From contig NC_042998.1 in assembly GCF_006345805.1 (NCBI RefSeq), positions 87,296,001 through 87,360,000 of the forward strand: 64,000 nt of DNA. Reading direction: 5' to 3'. The DNA comes from Octopus sinensis (Eukaryota). The notes beneath the pieces are model-generated. The model did not search any database. It saw only the letters and a program-made list of their open reading frames with translations, and was not told the origin of the DNA. The translations under genes were made by a program, and so were the position numbers. Positions 24,373 to 35,107 of the stretch are shown here, piece by piece (the first letter of the stretch is position 1; the number at the start of each line of letters is the position of its first letter).

Positions 24373-25948
24373 ATTACTGCAGAGATGCTCAAAATATCTG
24401 GTAGTGTCGGCTATAGCATAGTCACCCGTATAGTTAACCAGGTGATACACGAAGGAGTCATACCCAATGACTGGTGTAGCAGCATAATAGTCAACTGCTA
24501 CAAAGGTAAAGGCGATGCCCTAGATACAAATAACTACAGGGGCATCAAGCTGTTGGATCAGGTAATGAAGGTTACGGAGAGGGTTATAGCCCAGTTAATT
24601 AGAGAGAGAGTTAGCTTAGATGATATGCAGTTTGGGTTCGTGCCAGGGAAAAGTACTACTGATGCTATATTCCTGGTAAGACAGCTGCAGGAGAAATACC
24701 TAGCCAAAGGTAAGCCCTTGTACCTGGCTTTTGTTGACTTAGAGAAAGCCTTTGACAGGGTCCCCCGATCCCTTATCTGGTGGTCAATGAGGAAACTAGG
24801 GATAGATGAATGGTTAGTGAGAGCTGTGCGAGCCATGTACAGAGACGCAGCTAGTAAGGTGAGGGTTGGCAACGAGTACAGTGAAGAATTCCGGGTAGAG
24901 GTTGGGGTCCACCAAGGTTCAGTCCTCAGCCCCCTCCTATTTATCATAGTCCTCCAGGCAATAACGGAAGAATTTAAGACAGGATGCCCCTGGGAGCTCC
25001 TATATGCTGATGACCTTGCTCTAATTGCTGAGTCACTATCAGAACTGGAGGAGAAGTTTCAGGTGTGGAAACAAGGATTAGAATCGAAGGGCCTTAGAAT
25101 CAACCTAGCCAAAACCAAAGTCCTAATAAGTAGGAAGGTGGACCAACCACAAACGACTTCAGGTAGATGGCCCTGCTCGATCTGTAAAAAAGGTGTAGGT
25201 AGAAACTCTATAAGGTGCACCAAGTGTAAGCTATGGACACATAAGAGGTGCAGCAATGTCAAAGGAAGGCTAACTAAGAAAATAGTTTTTGTCTGTGGCA
25301 GATGCTCAGAAATAAACACTGGAAATGTGCAGAGTCCAACTTCTACCACGTTCCAGGGAGACAAACTAGAAGTAGTTGATAGCTTCCGCTACCTAGGAGA
25401 CCAAGTCAGTAGCGGGGGTGGGTGTGCTGAAAGTGTAACTGCTAGAGTAAGAATAGCCTGGGCAAAGTTTAGAGAGCTCTTACCCCTGCTGGTGACAAAA
25501 GGTCTCTCGCTAAGAGTAAAAGGCAGACTATATGATGCGTGTGTACGTACAGCCATGCTACATGGTAGTGAAACATGGGCCGTGACAGCTGAGGATATGC
25601 GTAAGCTTGCAAGAAATGAAGCCAGTATGCTCCGATGGATGTGTAATGTCAGTGTTCATAATCGTCAGAGTGTAAGTACTTTGAGAGAAAAGTTGAACCT
25701 AAGAAGTGTCAGTTGTGGTGTGCAAGAGAGACGGCTGCGCTGCTCATGTGACGAGAATGGCTGAAGATAGTTGTGTGCAAAAGTGCTACAACCTAGCAGT
25801 TGAGGGAACCTGTGGAAGAGGTAGACCCAGGAAAACCTGGGACGAGGTGGTGAAGCACGACCTTCGAACTTTAGGTCTCACCAAGGAAATGACTGAAGAC
25901 CGAGTCCTATGGAAGTGTGCTGTGCATGAGAGGACCCGGCAGGACTAG
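24373..25948 (+). CDS. RTE ORF, C-terminal part: reverse transcriptase with inserted PHD-type finger; second frameshift at ~25742
   Basis: NYRGIKLL, QFGFVPGKSTTDAIF, AFVDLEKAFDRV, GVHQGSVLSPLLF, LLYADDL, FRYLG. RRLR-(WYG)-HVTRMAED is interrupted by a small deletion; ends RPRKTWDEVVKHDLR...TRQD*. Confidence 0.93.
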
Positions 25949-26830
25949 TCAGGCCATATCCCGTGGCCCCTACCTGGGACGTAGTCGATCCACCTGTGCA
26001 TACCTTCCTTCTTGTGACACTTGTGAAGACCTGCTGAGGCAAGTGAAAATCAATCAAAAGATGAACATCAATGGAATTTGTATCTTTGTGGTACCAGTGC
26101 CTGTGGCACACAAGAAAACCATCCGAACGTGGCCGTAGCCAGTACCGCATCGACTGGCCTCCGTGCTGTGGGAACATGGTGGCACATAAAAACACCATCC
26201 GAAGACCCGGCAAGACTAGTCAGGTCATAACCCATGGGCCCTACCTGGGACGTAGTCAGTCCACCTGTACATACCTTCCGACTTGTGAAGACCTGCTGAG
26301 GCAAGTGAAAATCAAATCAAATCAAAACAAATCAAAATAGATGAACATCAATGGAATTTGTATCCTTGTGGTACCAGTGCCAGTGGCACACAAGAATCCA
26401 TCCGAACGTGGCCGTAGTCAGTACCGCTTGTGGTACCAGTGCCGGTGGCACACAAGAATCCATCCGAACGTGGCCGTAGTCAGTACCGCATCACTGGCCA
26501 TCCGATCGTGGCCGTTCGCCAGCCTCATCTAGCACCTGTGTCGGTGGCACATAAAAACACCATCCGAAGACCCGGCAAGACTAGTCAGGCCATAACCCAT
26601 GGCCCCTACCTGGGACGTAGTCAGTCCACCTGTGCATACCTTCCTTCTTGTGACACTTGTGAAGACCTGTTGAGGCAAGTGAAAATCAAATCAAATCAAA
26701 ACAAATCAAAATAGATGAACATCAATGGAATTTGTATCTTTGTGGTACCAGTGCCGGTGGGTTGGCACATAAGAAAACCATCCGAACGTGGCCGTAGCCA
26801 GTACCGCATCGACTGGCCTCCGTGCTGTGG
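25933..26830 (+). repeat. RTE 3' UTR: ~270-360-bp block present three times
   Basis: gacccggca.gactagtcagg...gaagacctg.tgaggcaagtgaaaatcaa...gatgaacatcaatggaatttgtatc starts at 25933, 26204 and 26569. Confidence 0.9.
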
Positions 26831-26842
26831 GCACGTAACAAG

Positions 26843-27152
26843 CACCATCCGATCGTGGCCGTTTGCCAGCCTCATCTGGCACCTGTGTCGGTGGCACATA
26901 AAAACACCATCCGAGCGTGGCCGTCTGCCAGCCTCGTCTGGCACCTGTGTCGGTGGCACATAAAAACACCATCCGAGCGTGGCCGTCTGCCAGCCTCGTC
27001 TGGCACCTGTGTCGGTGGCACATAAAAACACCATCCGAGCGTGGCCGTCTGCCAGCCTCGTCTGGCACCTGTGTCGGTGGCACATAAAAAACACCATCCG
27101 AGCGTGGCCGTTTGTCAGCCTCGTCTGGCACTTGTGTCGGTGGCACATAAAA
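26843..27152 (+). repeat. RTE 3' UTR: 62-bp tandem module x5
   Basis: caccatccga.cgtggccgt.tgccagcctc.tctggcacctgtgtcggtggcacataaaaa starts at 26843, 26905, 26967, 27029 and 27092. Confidence 0.95.
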
Positions 27153-28479
27153 TCACCCACTACACTCTCGGAGTGGTTGGCGTTAGGAAGGGCATCCAGC
27201 TGTAGAAACACTGCCAGATATGACTGGACTGGTGCAGCTTTCGGGCTCCCCAGACCCCAGTTGAACCGTCCAACCCATGCTAGCATGGAAAGCGGACGTT
27301 AAATGATGATGATGATGATGATGATGATGATATATACATATATATATAGGTCTACACATGCACATTCATATATATATTTATAATTTCATATGTACTAACA
27401 TGTATTTGTAAATGTGTGATCTTGTTTTGCAATCTCACAAACCAATAACTTGCCAACACCTTCTCTGCTTTACTAGAACATAGTAAATTCTCTTTTAAAC
27501 GTGCCATTTTTTAATACAAGTACATCAATACTGTCTTTAATATACTAAATTTACATACATATACATATACATGCAATTGCATAAAATAAACACAGCTTTT
27601 TAGCACATAACATATTACACCTCAGTGCAAAAAAGCGTCTATATATTGTAGTGTATTTGCTTAGATTTGTGGCCAACAAATTATTATTGTTATACAGTTT
27701 TATTTGCCAAAAGAAACGTGTGATGGAAATGGAAGCCAAGAATTGATTGACCTGATGTTAACAAATCCTATGGGTTATATTTATTAGATTCAATGCAATT
27801 AATTTATTTTTCTTGTTTTGATTTTTTTTTTATATCATGTTTATTTTTCTTACCTATTGCCATGGAGATAAAATTACTTCAATGTTCTCTGGCATTTGTG
27901 TTCTATTGAAGAAACAACAGAAAGACAGAACAAAAGAGGAGAAGAGGGAGGGAGAGAGAGTGAGTGAGAATGAGTGAGAGAGCGAGTGGATTGGGAAGAA
28001 CAATGCCCCTCCTCTCCACCAAAAAAAATTAGTAAAAGAATATGTTTAGCTGGCTGAATACTAGAAAGTGGTTCTAAACTGAACACAATTGGGAAAATAG
28101 GTACTTGAAGATTTTCTACTGAATATTGGCTTCCACTCGATGTTTGTGTATTCTTTACAGTTGAATAAAGAAACCAGCCACAAGGAAAAAAATAATGGGA
28201 TTTTCGAGAGAAAAATTTCTAAATCTAAAAAGGAAAAATCTGTTCTACATGTAATTTTGAAGAAAATTATTATCAATTTCTCATTTACCAATTAGTTTTA
28301 ATTAGTTTTAAATTTCTTTCTAGTCATTGTTCTTGGAATTCCTAGAAAAGGTCAAAGGTGATGAACTTTCTCCTGTGACTGCACCATTAAACAAATTTGA
28401 CTCAGAATGGTAATTCAGTTTATTCTGTTATACGAATGATTGAAATAAAGGTAATAAGCTGATAGAACTATATTTTGGT

Positions 28480-28650
28480 ATTTATTTTGGCTCTTTATGT
28501 TCTGAGTTCAAATCCTGCCAGGGTTCATTTTGTCTTTCAACCTTCCAGAGTGAATAAAATGAAATAGCAATCAAGTATTAGGGTCATGATATTGGCTAAA
28601 CCCTTCCCCTTAAAACTACTGGCCTTGTCCCTAAATTAAAACCAACAGAA
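28480..28650 (+). mobile_element. tRNA-derived SINE, partial
   Basis: tctgagttcaaatcctgccagggttcattttgtctttcaaccttccagagtgaataaaat, same family as 32005. Confidence 0.65.
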
Positions 28651-29121
28651 ATTAGTGGAAAGATGTGTGGTTTTAATAGGGAAAAAAAGCAGAAAAAATG
28701 AAAATGTCAGAGAAAACTCCACAGGAAAATTAACAGATCAACCTAGAAACAAGTTGACAACCTTAAATATTTGGGAATCTCATTCCATCAGATGGGGAAA
28801 GATGAAAGAAATTAAATGAAGGGCTGAATAGGTTAAGGCTGCTTTTGGTAACATTAAATATAATTACCAACAAAAAAAAAGAGTTAGAAGAAGAGTCCTA
28901 GGGTCCTAGGAGCATACATAGAACATGTTGTTTCATATGGTTTGTCACCAGAAGCATCAGAGGGCAAGAGCAATAACTTACCAATCCAGTTTGCTTTGCA
29001 ATCACATGATTTAAGTTTCAGTCTTATTGTGGTTTTTTACTATATTACAAATTCCTGGCTAATAAATTTAGTAGACAGAAACTGTGTGGAAATTCGTCAT
29101 GTTTGTATGCACATGTGTGTA

Positions 29122-29175
<54 letters not shown>

Positions 29176-29749
29176 TCTGTGTGTGAGTATATGTGTGTAA
29201 GTGTGTGTGTGAGTGTGGGGTGGCATGTTTTTGCATCTGTGTCTACCTCTTTCAGGCCACTATTTGACCACTAGTGTTGGTTTGCTTAAAGCACTGTAAC
29301 TTAGTGGTTTACCAAAAAGGATCGATAGAATAAGTACCAAACTTAAAAGAAAATATAATCATTAGGTTCCATTTGTTCAATCCAAACCCTTCAAGCCAGT
29401 GCTTCAGCATGGCCACAGTTCAATGACAGAAACAAATAAAAGATAAAAGAGAGAACAACAAAGATTAAACTCCTTAGCTGAAGAGAAACCACTAGAGAAT
29501 TTTCTTAACAACAAATGGAGGCAACAAGCTAAATTTATTGGACATGATATGAGAAGACAAAGTAAATCATTAAAAAAAAACTGAAAGGAAGAAGAAGCTA
29601 GGGAAGTCAGACAGAAAATACTCAATGAGATTGACAGCTGGCTACTGAAAGACTAGTCTGATAACTTACTATGTGTGTGAGACAGGAGGTGGGAGAGATC
29701 CAGGATTATAGACACCTGTAGTAGATGAATAAAGAAGATGAATACATCA

Positions 29750-29925
29750 TCATTATCATCATCTTTTAACATTCATTTTCTATGCTGGCATGGGTTGGAT
29801 GGTTGACCAGAGCTGGTAAGCCAGAGAGCTACACCAGGTTCCAGTCTATTTTGGCTTGGTTTCTACATCTGGATGCCCTTCCACTTTACAGAGTGTATTG
29901 GGTGCTTTCACGAGTCACTGGCATG
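29750..29925 (-). mobile_element. RTE 3'-tail copy
   Basis: catcatc...ctatgctggcatgggttggatggttgacc...ctggatgcccttcc. Confidence 0.75.
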
Positions 29926-30528
29926 GGTGCCCTTACCAGTGATACGTAAAAGACTCCCAGAACACTCAACACTTATTGCTCTGAAATATTTAGTGATTAA
30001 AATCTTATAAAATCATGTAAGTCTGATATTCAAAAGATTACTAGTTTGATTTATCTGTTTTATTCATCTTTGCTGCAAACAGAGCTCTATATGCTCTCTA
30101 TTCAGATTCTGTATATCAAAAATTAGAAATCAAAAATTAATTATCCACTTGTATTGATTTGATAAGTGCATGAGAAAATCTTTAACACCTCAGAGAAATG
30201 ATGAGTTAATTCTTTCCATATCAGAGAATGTATTTAGTTCTAAATTTAATTTTAGATTTTAAAAAGTTTTAACAGTAGAGACTTGATGTGACAGCTGGAT
30301 AGAGAGATGGTTGCACTAGCTGTTAACTGCTATTCATTTTCAGTCAAGTAGGCTGCAGGGATATAAAATAAGTGCCTTTCTCAAGGACACAATATATTAC
30401 TTGATCCAGGAATTGAACCCATGACCTTATGATCTTCAGTTCAACTCTCTAAAAAGATATATGCAATCTTTATTTCCATTTTTTTCATGTTTACTGTTTG
30501 TATTATTATTATTATTAATATTATTATT

Positions 30529-31083
30529 GAGTGAGAGAGCAGTGCATGCCATCAAAGTGACACTGGGGTAAAATATACGAAGCCCAGTATACCCATCATG
30601 ACTACCTGTCTGATAAGGGTACACCAGGTACATGCATTACAGCCATATGTGCACGACATGATGATCTCATATCAAGATAAACAGCACATGACCTTGCAGG
30701 TGGGGCCCAGTTAGAATTTTCTTCTGATCAAGTAACGTATCCTGCTCAAAAGGTCCCTGAATAAGGGTTGATTAAGGATGTTGAATGAAACACGCATGTT
30801 TCCAGAGGTGAATTATTCAGACCCCAAAGAATCCTTCTCAACACATGGCTATGATGCTTCCCCACTACTTCTGCTCGTGATCAGAGATGCACATATCGTC
30901 AGCCACTAAGGGACTTGTTCAACTGGTTATGGTCAAACAACTGACAAGCAAATCTGTGGTATCGAGCAGAATATTTGCTGTAGCCAATCTTTTATACCAA
31001 GACAACACAATGTACATGATAACACTTCCAATCAGTTAAGATGAGAAGCCATGAGAGCCACTGCCTGGTACTGCATCAGGACA
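30529..31083 (+). mobile_element. ~555-bp non-coding interspersed element flanked by (TTA)n
   Basis: Homologous reverse-orientation copy at 34650-35096 (gagagagcagtgcatgcc, gaccttgcaggtgg, aaggtccctgaataagggttg, gatcagagatgcacatat); both are bounded by TAA repeats. Confidence 0.8.
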
Positions 31084-31087
31084 TTTA

Positions 31088-31133
<46 letters not shown>

Positions 31134-31136
<3 letters not shown>

Positions 31137-31620
31137 TAGTTTTATTTTTATAGCGTGCTTTCACTTCACTACCGAGCGCAGCTCTGTGTGCCTTAGGTAT
31201 GTGCTGTGATTTGTTGTGATGCTCTGATGGTTATTGTATGGAAAGTGTTCTGCATAGGATGTGTGCAGTGCCTAGTAGTGCAATTTTATGTATGTTATAT
31301 GTGTTTGTAAGTCCTGGTGTTTTTGTTATGTATTTGTTTGAATATTTTTTTATCATGCCTAATGCACCTACTATGATAGGAATTGTTTCTGTTTTTAGAT
31401 TCCACATTCTGGTTACCTCTATTTCCAGGTCTTTGTATTTTGAAAGTTTCTCCATTTCTTTTAGAGACACGTCATCTGCCGATATTGATACATCAATTAG
31501 AAAGCATTTTTTTTCTTCATGATCTCTGACAACTATATCTGGTCTGTTGGCCTTAATTTCTCTATCTGTGTGTATTGGCATATCCCTGAGTATGGTTGCT
31601 TTCTCGTTTTCTGTGACCTT
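31134..31620 (-). mobile_element. 5'-truncated R4/Dong-like RLE LINE (C-terminal restriction-like endonuclease)
   Basis: WDMPIHTDREIKANRPDIVVRDHEEKKCFLIDVS...KLSKYKDL...IPIIVGALG...LLGTAHIL; both ends abut (TAA)n. Confidence 0.9.
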
Positions 31621-31640
31621 TATTATTATAATAATAATAC

Positions 31641-31701
<61 letters not shown>

Positions 31702-31702
31702 T

Positions 31703-31975
31703 ATATGAGAATGATCCCTGGCTTACCATCCCTGCAAGAAGTGCAAAAGATTGTCTTAACTGGTACATCACACGTATTGAGAAGAGCATTGTCGATGTGA
31801 GAACTGTTGCTGCTCATGTATTTTAATTTAACTTAAAAAAAAAAATTTTTTTTTTTAAATTAACGAACTATTGAGTTTGGTTTAATGGCCTACCAATGTA
31901 TACTATGAGTTTCTTTGCCCTAGGAGTCGGGAAGACACTCGGCAAGAAATGGAAGCAAATTTGAAAGAAGAAAAA
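31703..31975 (+). mobile_element. Extreme 3' end of a related RLE LINE
   Basis: MIPGLPSLQEVQKIVLTGTSHVLRRALSM* parallels the C-terminus of the neighbouring copies; followed by a 3' UTR and (TAA)n. Confidence 0.75.
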
Positions 31976-32004
31976 ATAATAATAATAATAATAATAATGA
32001 TATA

Positions 32005-32215
32005 AGGCGGTGAGCTGGCAGAATCGTTAGCACACTGGGCGAAGTGCTTAGCAGTATTTTGTCTGTCACTACATTCTGAGTTCAAATTCTGCCAAGGTCA
32101 ACTTTGCCTTTCATCCTCTTAGGATCAATTAAATAAGTACCAGTTACGCACTAGGGTCAATGTAATCAACTTAATCTCATCCCTCAAGCTGCCCTTGTGG
32201 CAAAATTTGAAATAA
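32005..32215 (+). mobile_element. tRNA-derived SINE, near full length
   Basis: ggcggtgagctggcagaatcgttagc (A-box-like) and ctgagttcaaattctgcc (B-box-like), then taaataagtaccagtt; ends in (TAA)n. Confidence 0.85.
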
Positions 32216-32232
32216 TAATTATTATTATTATT

Positions 32233-33300
32233 CAGTAGTTTTATTTTTATAGCCTGCTTTCACTTCACTACCAAGCACAGCTCTGTGTACCTTGGGTTTG
32301 TGCTGTGGTTTGTTGTGATGCTCTTATGGTTACTGTATTGAAAGTATTTTACATAGGATGTGTGCAGTGCCGAGTAGTGCAATTTTCTTTATGTTATATA
32401 TATTTGTAAGTTCTGGTGTTTTGGTATGTATTTGTCTGAATATTTTTTTATCATACCTAATGCACCTACTATGATAGAAATTGTTTCTGTTTTTAGATCC
32501 CACACTCGAGTTACATCTATTTTTAGGTCTTTGTATTTTGAAAATTTCTCCATTTCTTTTAGAGAAATGTTATCATCTGTTGGTATTGATACATCAATTA
32601 GAAAGCATTTTTTTTCTTCATGATCTCTAACAACTATATCTGGCCTATTGACCTTAATTTCTCTATCTGTGTGTAGTGGCATATCCCAGAGTATGGTTGC
32701 TTTCTCGTTTTCTGTGACCTTTTCTACCGTGTGCCTTTCCAATTTTTCTTTTGTTATTCCATAGTGTTGGCATAGTTTCCAGTGTCTGTGAATATATTCC
32801 TTCTTAGCCTGGACTGGGCAGCCAGAGATAGTATGAATTTTTGTTTCTTGTCCATCTCCACATATTCTGCAGTTACTTGTTATGTTTCTTTTCATTATAT
32901 GATTTTGGTAATTTCTGGTGGAGAGGCTTTGGTCTTGTGCTGCAATTAAAAATCCTTCAGTCTCTGCTTTGAGTCCCTTTCAATCACGGCTGGGATTTTT
33001 CTCTGTCTATTTCTTTTGCATTTAGTTTAGCCCAGTATTTGCCATGAAGAGGCTTTTCTTGCCATCGTTTTATCGTGGTCTGTTGCTGTTCTAGTTTTAG
33101 TTTGGATTTCATTTGTTTTATAGCTTTTGTTGTTTCTTCTTCTTCTTCTTCTTCATATTTGTTCAGTAGTATGACTTCTTGTTTGTATTTGTCAGTTTCC
33201 TTAAATACTGAAAACAGTTTTTTGTTTTGCTCGTGTTTTGTGGCTATTTGTATTAGTTTTCCTTGCTTCATAATAGCTTTCCAGCTGTATAAGGCCTATT
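32233..33300 (-). mobile_element. Longer 5'-truncated R4/Dong-like RLE LINE (CCHC plus RLE)
   Basis: KRWQEKPLHGKY..., CRICGDGQETKIHTISGC, WDMPLHTDREIKVNRPDIVV...LIDVS; same 3' terminus (aaaactactg-aataat) as 31134; flanked by (TAA)n on both sides. Confidence 0.9.
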
Positions 33301-33313
33301 ATCATTATTATTA

Positions 33314-33368
<55 letters not shown>

Positions 33369-33465
33369 AATATAAGATGGCAAACTGGCAGAATCATTAG
33401 CTTACCAGGTGAATACATACATACATACAAACATACATACATACATACATACATACATACATACA

Positions 33466-33501
<36 letters not shown>

Positions 33502-33540
33502 TATATATAATATATATATATATATATGCACATACATATA
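33297..33540. repeat. (TAT)n then (TACA)n/(TA)n microsatellites around a SINE head fragment
   Basis: Direct reading; gatggcaaactggcagaatcattagc at ~33378. Confidence 0.9.
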
Positions 33541-33959
33541 TATGTGTGAGCATGTGCATTTGTGAGCATTCTTTCCACTATTTCTCCTCCTTTTTTTATT
33601 TTTTTCTCTTTCTATCTTTTTACCACTCTAACTTCATTTCTTTTTCACTATCTCAACATGTTCTCTCAGTCACATCTCTATCCTCTCCATCTCATTCAAT
33701 GCTGTTTTATATTAACCAATCGTCCCTCCTCTCCAACTCCACTACTTCCTTTTATTATATTTCACTTGTGCTCTAGTTTTCAAGTAACTCCAGCCCAGCC
33801 CAACCCAGCCCAGCCAACATTTAACAATAGTACCTTTCTCTGGTTCTCATTGAAGTCCATAACAATTTTTCAACAGACCTAATTAAAGATGAAATTAACA
33901 TCCAGTTGACATAGTTTCTTTATCCATCGCTGCTTCTCAACTTGTTATGGCCAACAGAG

Positions 33960-34110
33960 ATGACTTCATATCTAGAATAAATCTATCCCTAGTTTCTGCA
34001 TTGATCTCCAGATAACGGATCAGCAGACTCTGCCAAAAACTTTGTCCAAGTCAACAAAAGCCAAGTACCAAGGTTTATCTTTGGCTAGGTATTTCTTCTG
34101 CAGTTGCCTT
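33960..34110 (-). mobile_element. RTE RT fragment
   Basis: KPWYLAFVDLDKVFGRVC*SVIWRSMQKLGID matches KPLYLAFVDLEKAFDRVPRSLIWWSMRKLGID at ~24715-24810. Confidence 0.8.
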
Positions 34111-34117
34111 ACCACCA

Positions 34118-34600
34118 GTGGTGCTTATAAATAATCATCTAAGAAGCATAATAAATTCAATCATTAAGAATATAGTTACTCATATTTTGAGGCTTTCAGC
34201 TAATGAGGATATATTTAACACTTTCATTACTGTATTTATTTTGAGATGCTTTGTGTTTCTCTCAATTATTTTAGATAAAACAAAGAATTTAGTAAAATAA
34301 CTTAGTTATCATTAAGCTAGTGTTAGGAACATTAATTGTGACTAAGGTTTGGTGGAAGATTTTATTTTAAAACATTTGTAAACAAAACATTTGTACTACA
34401 GTGCCAGAGCCAGTTTCAGCCAGGTTGGTAATGAAAGAGTTAAACAAAATCAAACTTATTATAATCATGCATTATTGGAAGCTGGATATAAAGATAAGGT
34501 TTACTACATCCAGAATCATCAAAATAATAATAAAGTTCTGGAAAATGATAGGATTATAGAGATGCTGAAAATTAATAAAAAGTATAAGGAAACTAAAAAT
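34118..34600 (+). mobile_element. Possible Penelope-like element ORF remnant
   Basis: INNHLRSIINSIIKNIVTHILRLSANEDIFN and YYNHALLEAGYKDKVYY resemble the post-RT region of Penelope-like ORFs as I recall it (SNHP..IIK....RLS.LS....IF....YYN.AL..SGY); no RT core seen. Confidence 0.5.
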
Positions 34601-34649
34601 TTAGATAGAAATAATAATAATAATGATAATAATAATAATAATAATAATG

Positions 34650-35096
34650 GGCTACAACAAATATTCTGCTCAATACCACAGATTTGCTTGTCAGTTGTTT
34701 GACCTTAACCAGTTGAGCATGCCCCTTAGTGGCTGACAATATGTGCATCTCTGATCACAAGCAGAAGTAGTAGGGGAGCATCATAGCCATGTGTTGAGAG
34801 GAATTCTTTGGGATTTGGATAATTCATCTCTGGAAACATGGGTGTTTCATTCAACATCTTTAAACAACCCTTATTCAGGGACCTTCTGAGCAGGATGGGC
34901 TCCTTGACCTGAAGAAAATTCTAACTGGACCTCCACCTGCAAGGTCATGAGCTGTTAATCTCGATTTGAGATCACCATGTTGTGATGCATGTGCCTTGTG
35001 ATGCATGTGCCAGATGAGTAATCATGATGGATATTCTGGGCTTTGTATACTTTAGCCCAGTCTCACTTTGACGGCATGCACTGCTCTCTCACACAG
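34650..35096 (-). mobile_element. Second, shorter copy of the TAA-flanked ~555-bp element
   Basis: Reverse-complement match to 30529-31010. Confidence 0.8.
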
Positions 35097-35107
35097 TAAT
35101 AATAATA

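Larger units (their letters stand above)
22641..27330 (+). mobile_element. Near full-length RTE-clade non-LTR retrotransposon body (unique 5' region, ORF, modular 3' UTR, (GAT)n tail)
   Basis: APE endonuclease plus RT ORF, 3' UTR ending ggaaagcggacgttaaa(tga)n at 27290-27330, followed by a TA-rich flank. Confidence 0.95.

Noticed and set aside
26843-27152. 62-bp repeats with variable loops as a CRISPR-like array
   Set aside because: Eukaryotic LINE 3' UTR context, units are near-identical with no unique spacers, and there are no cas genes.
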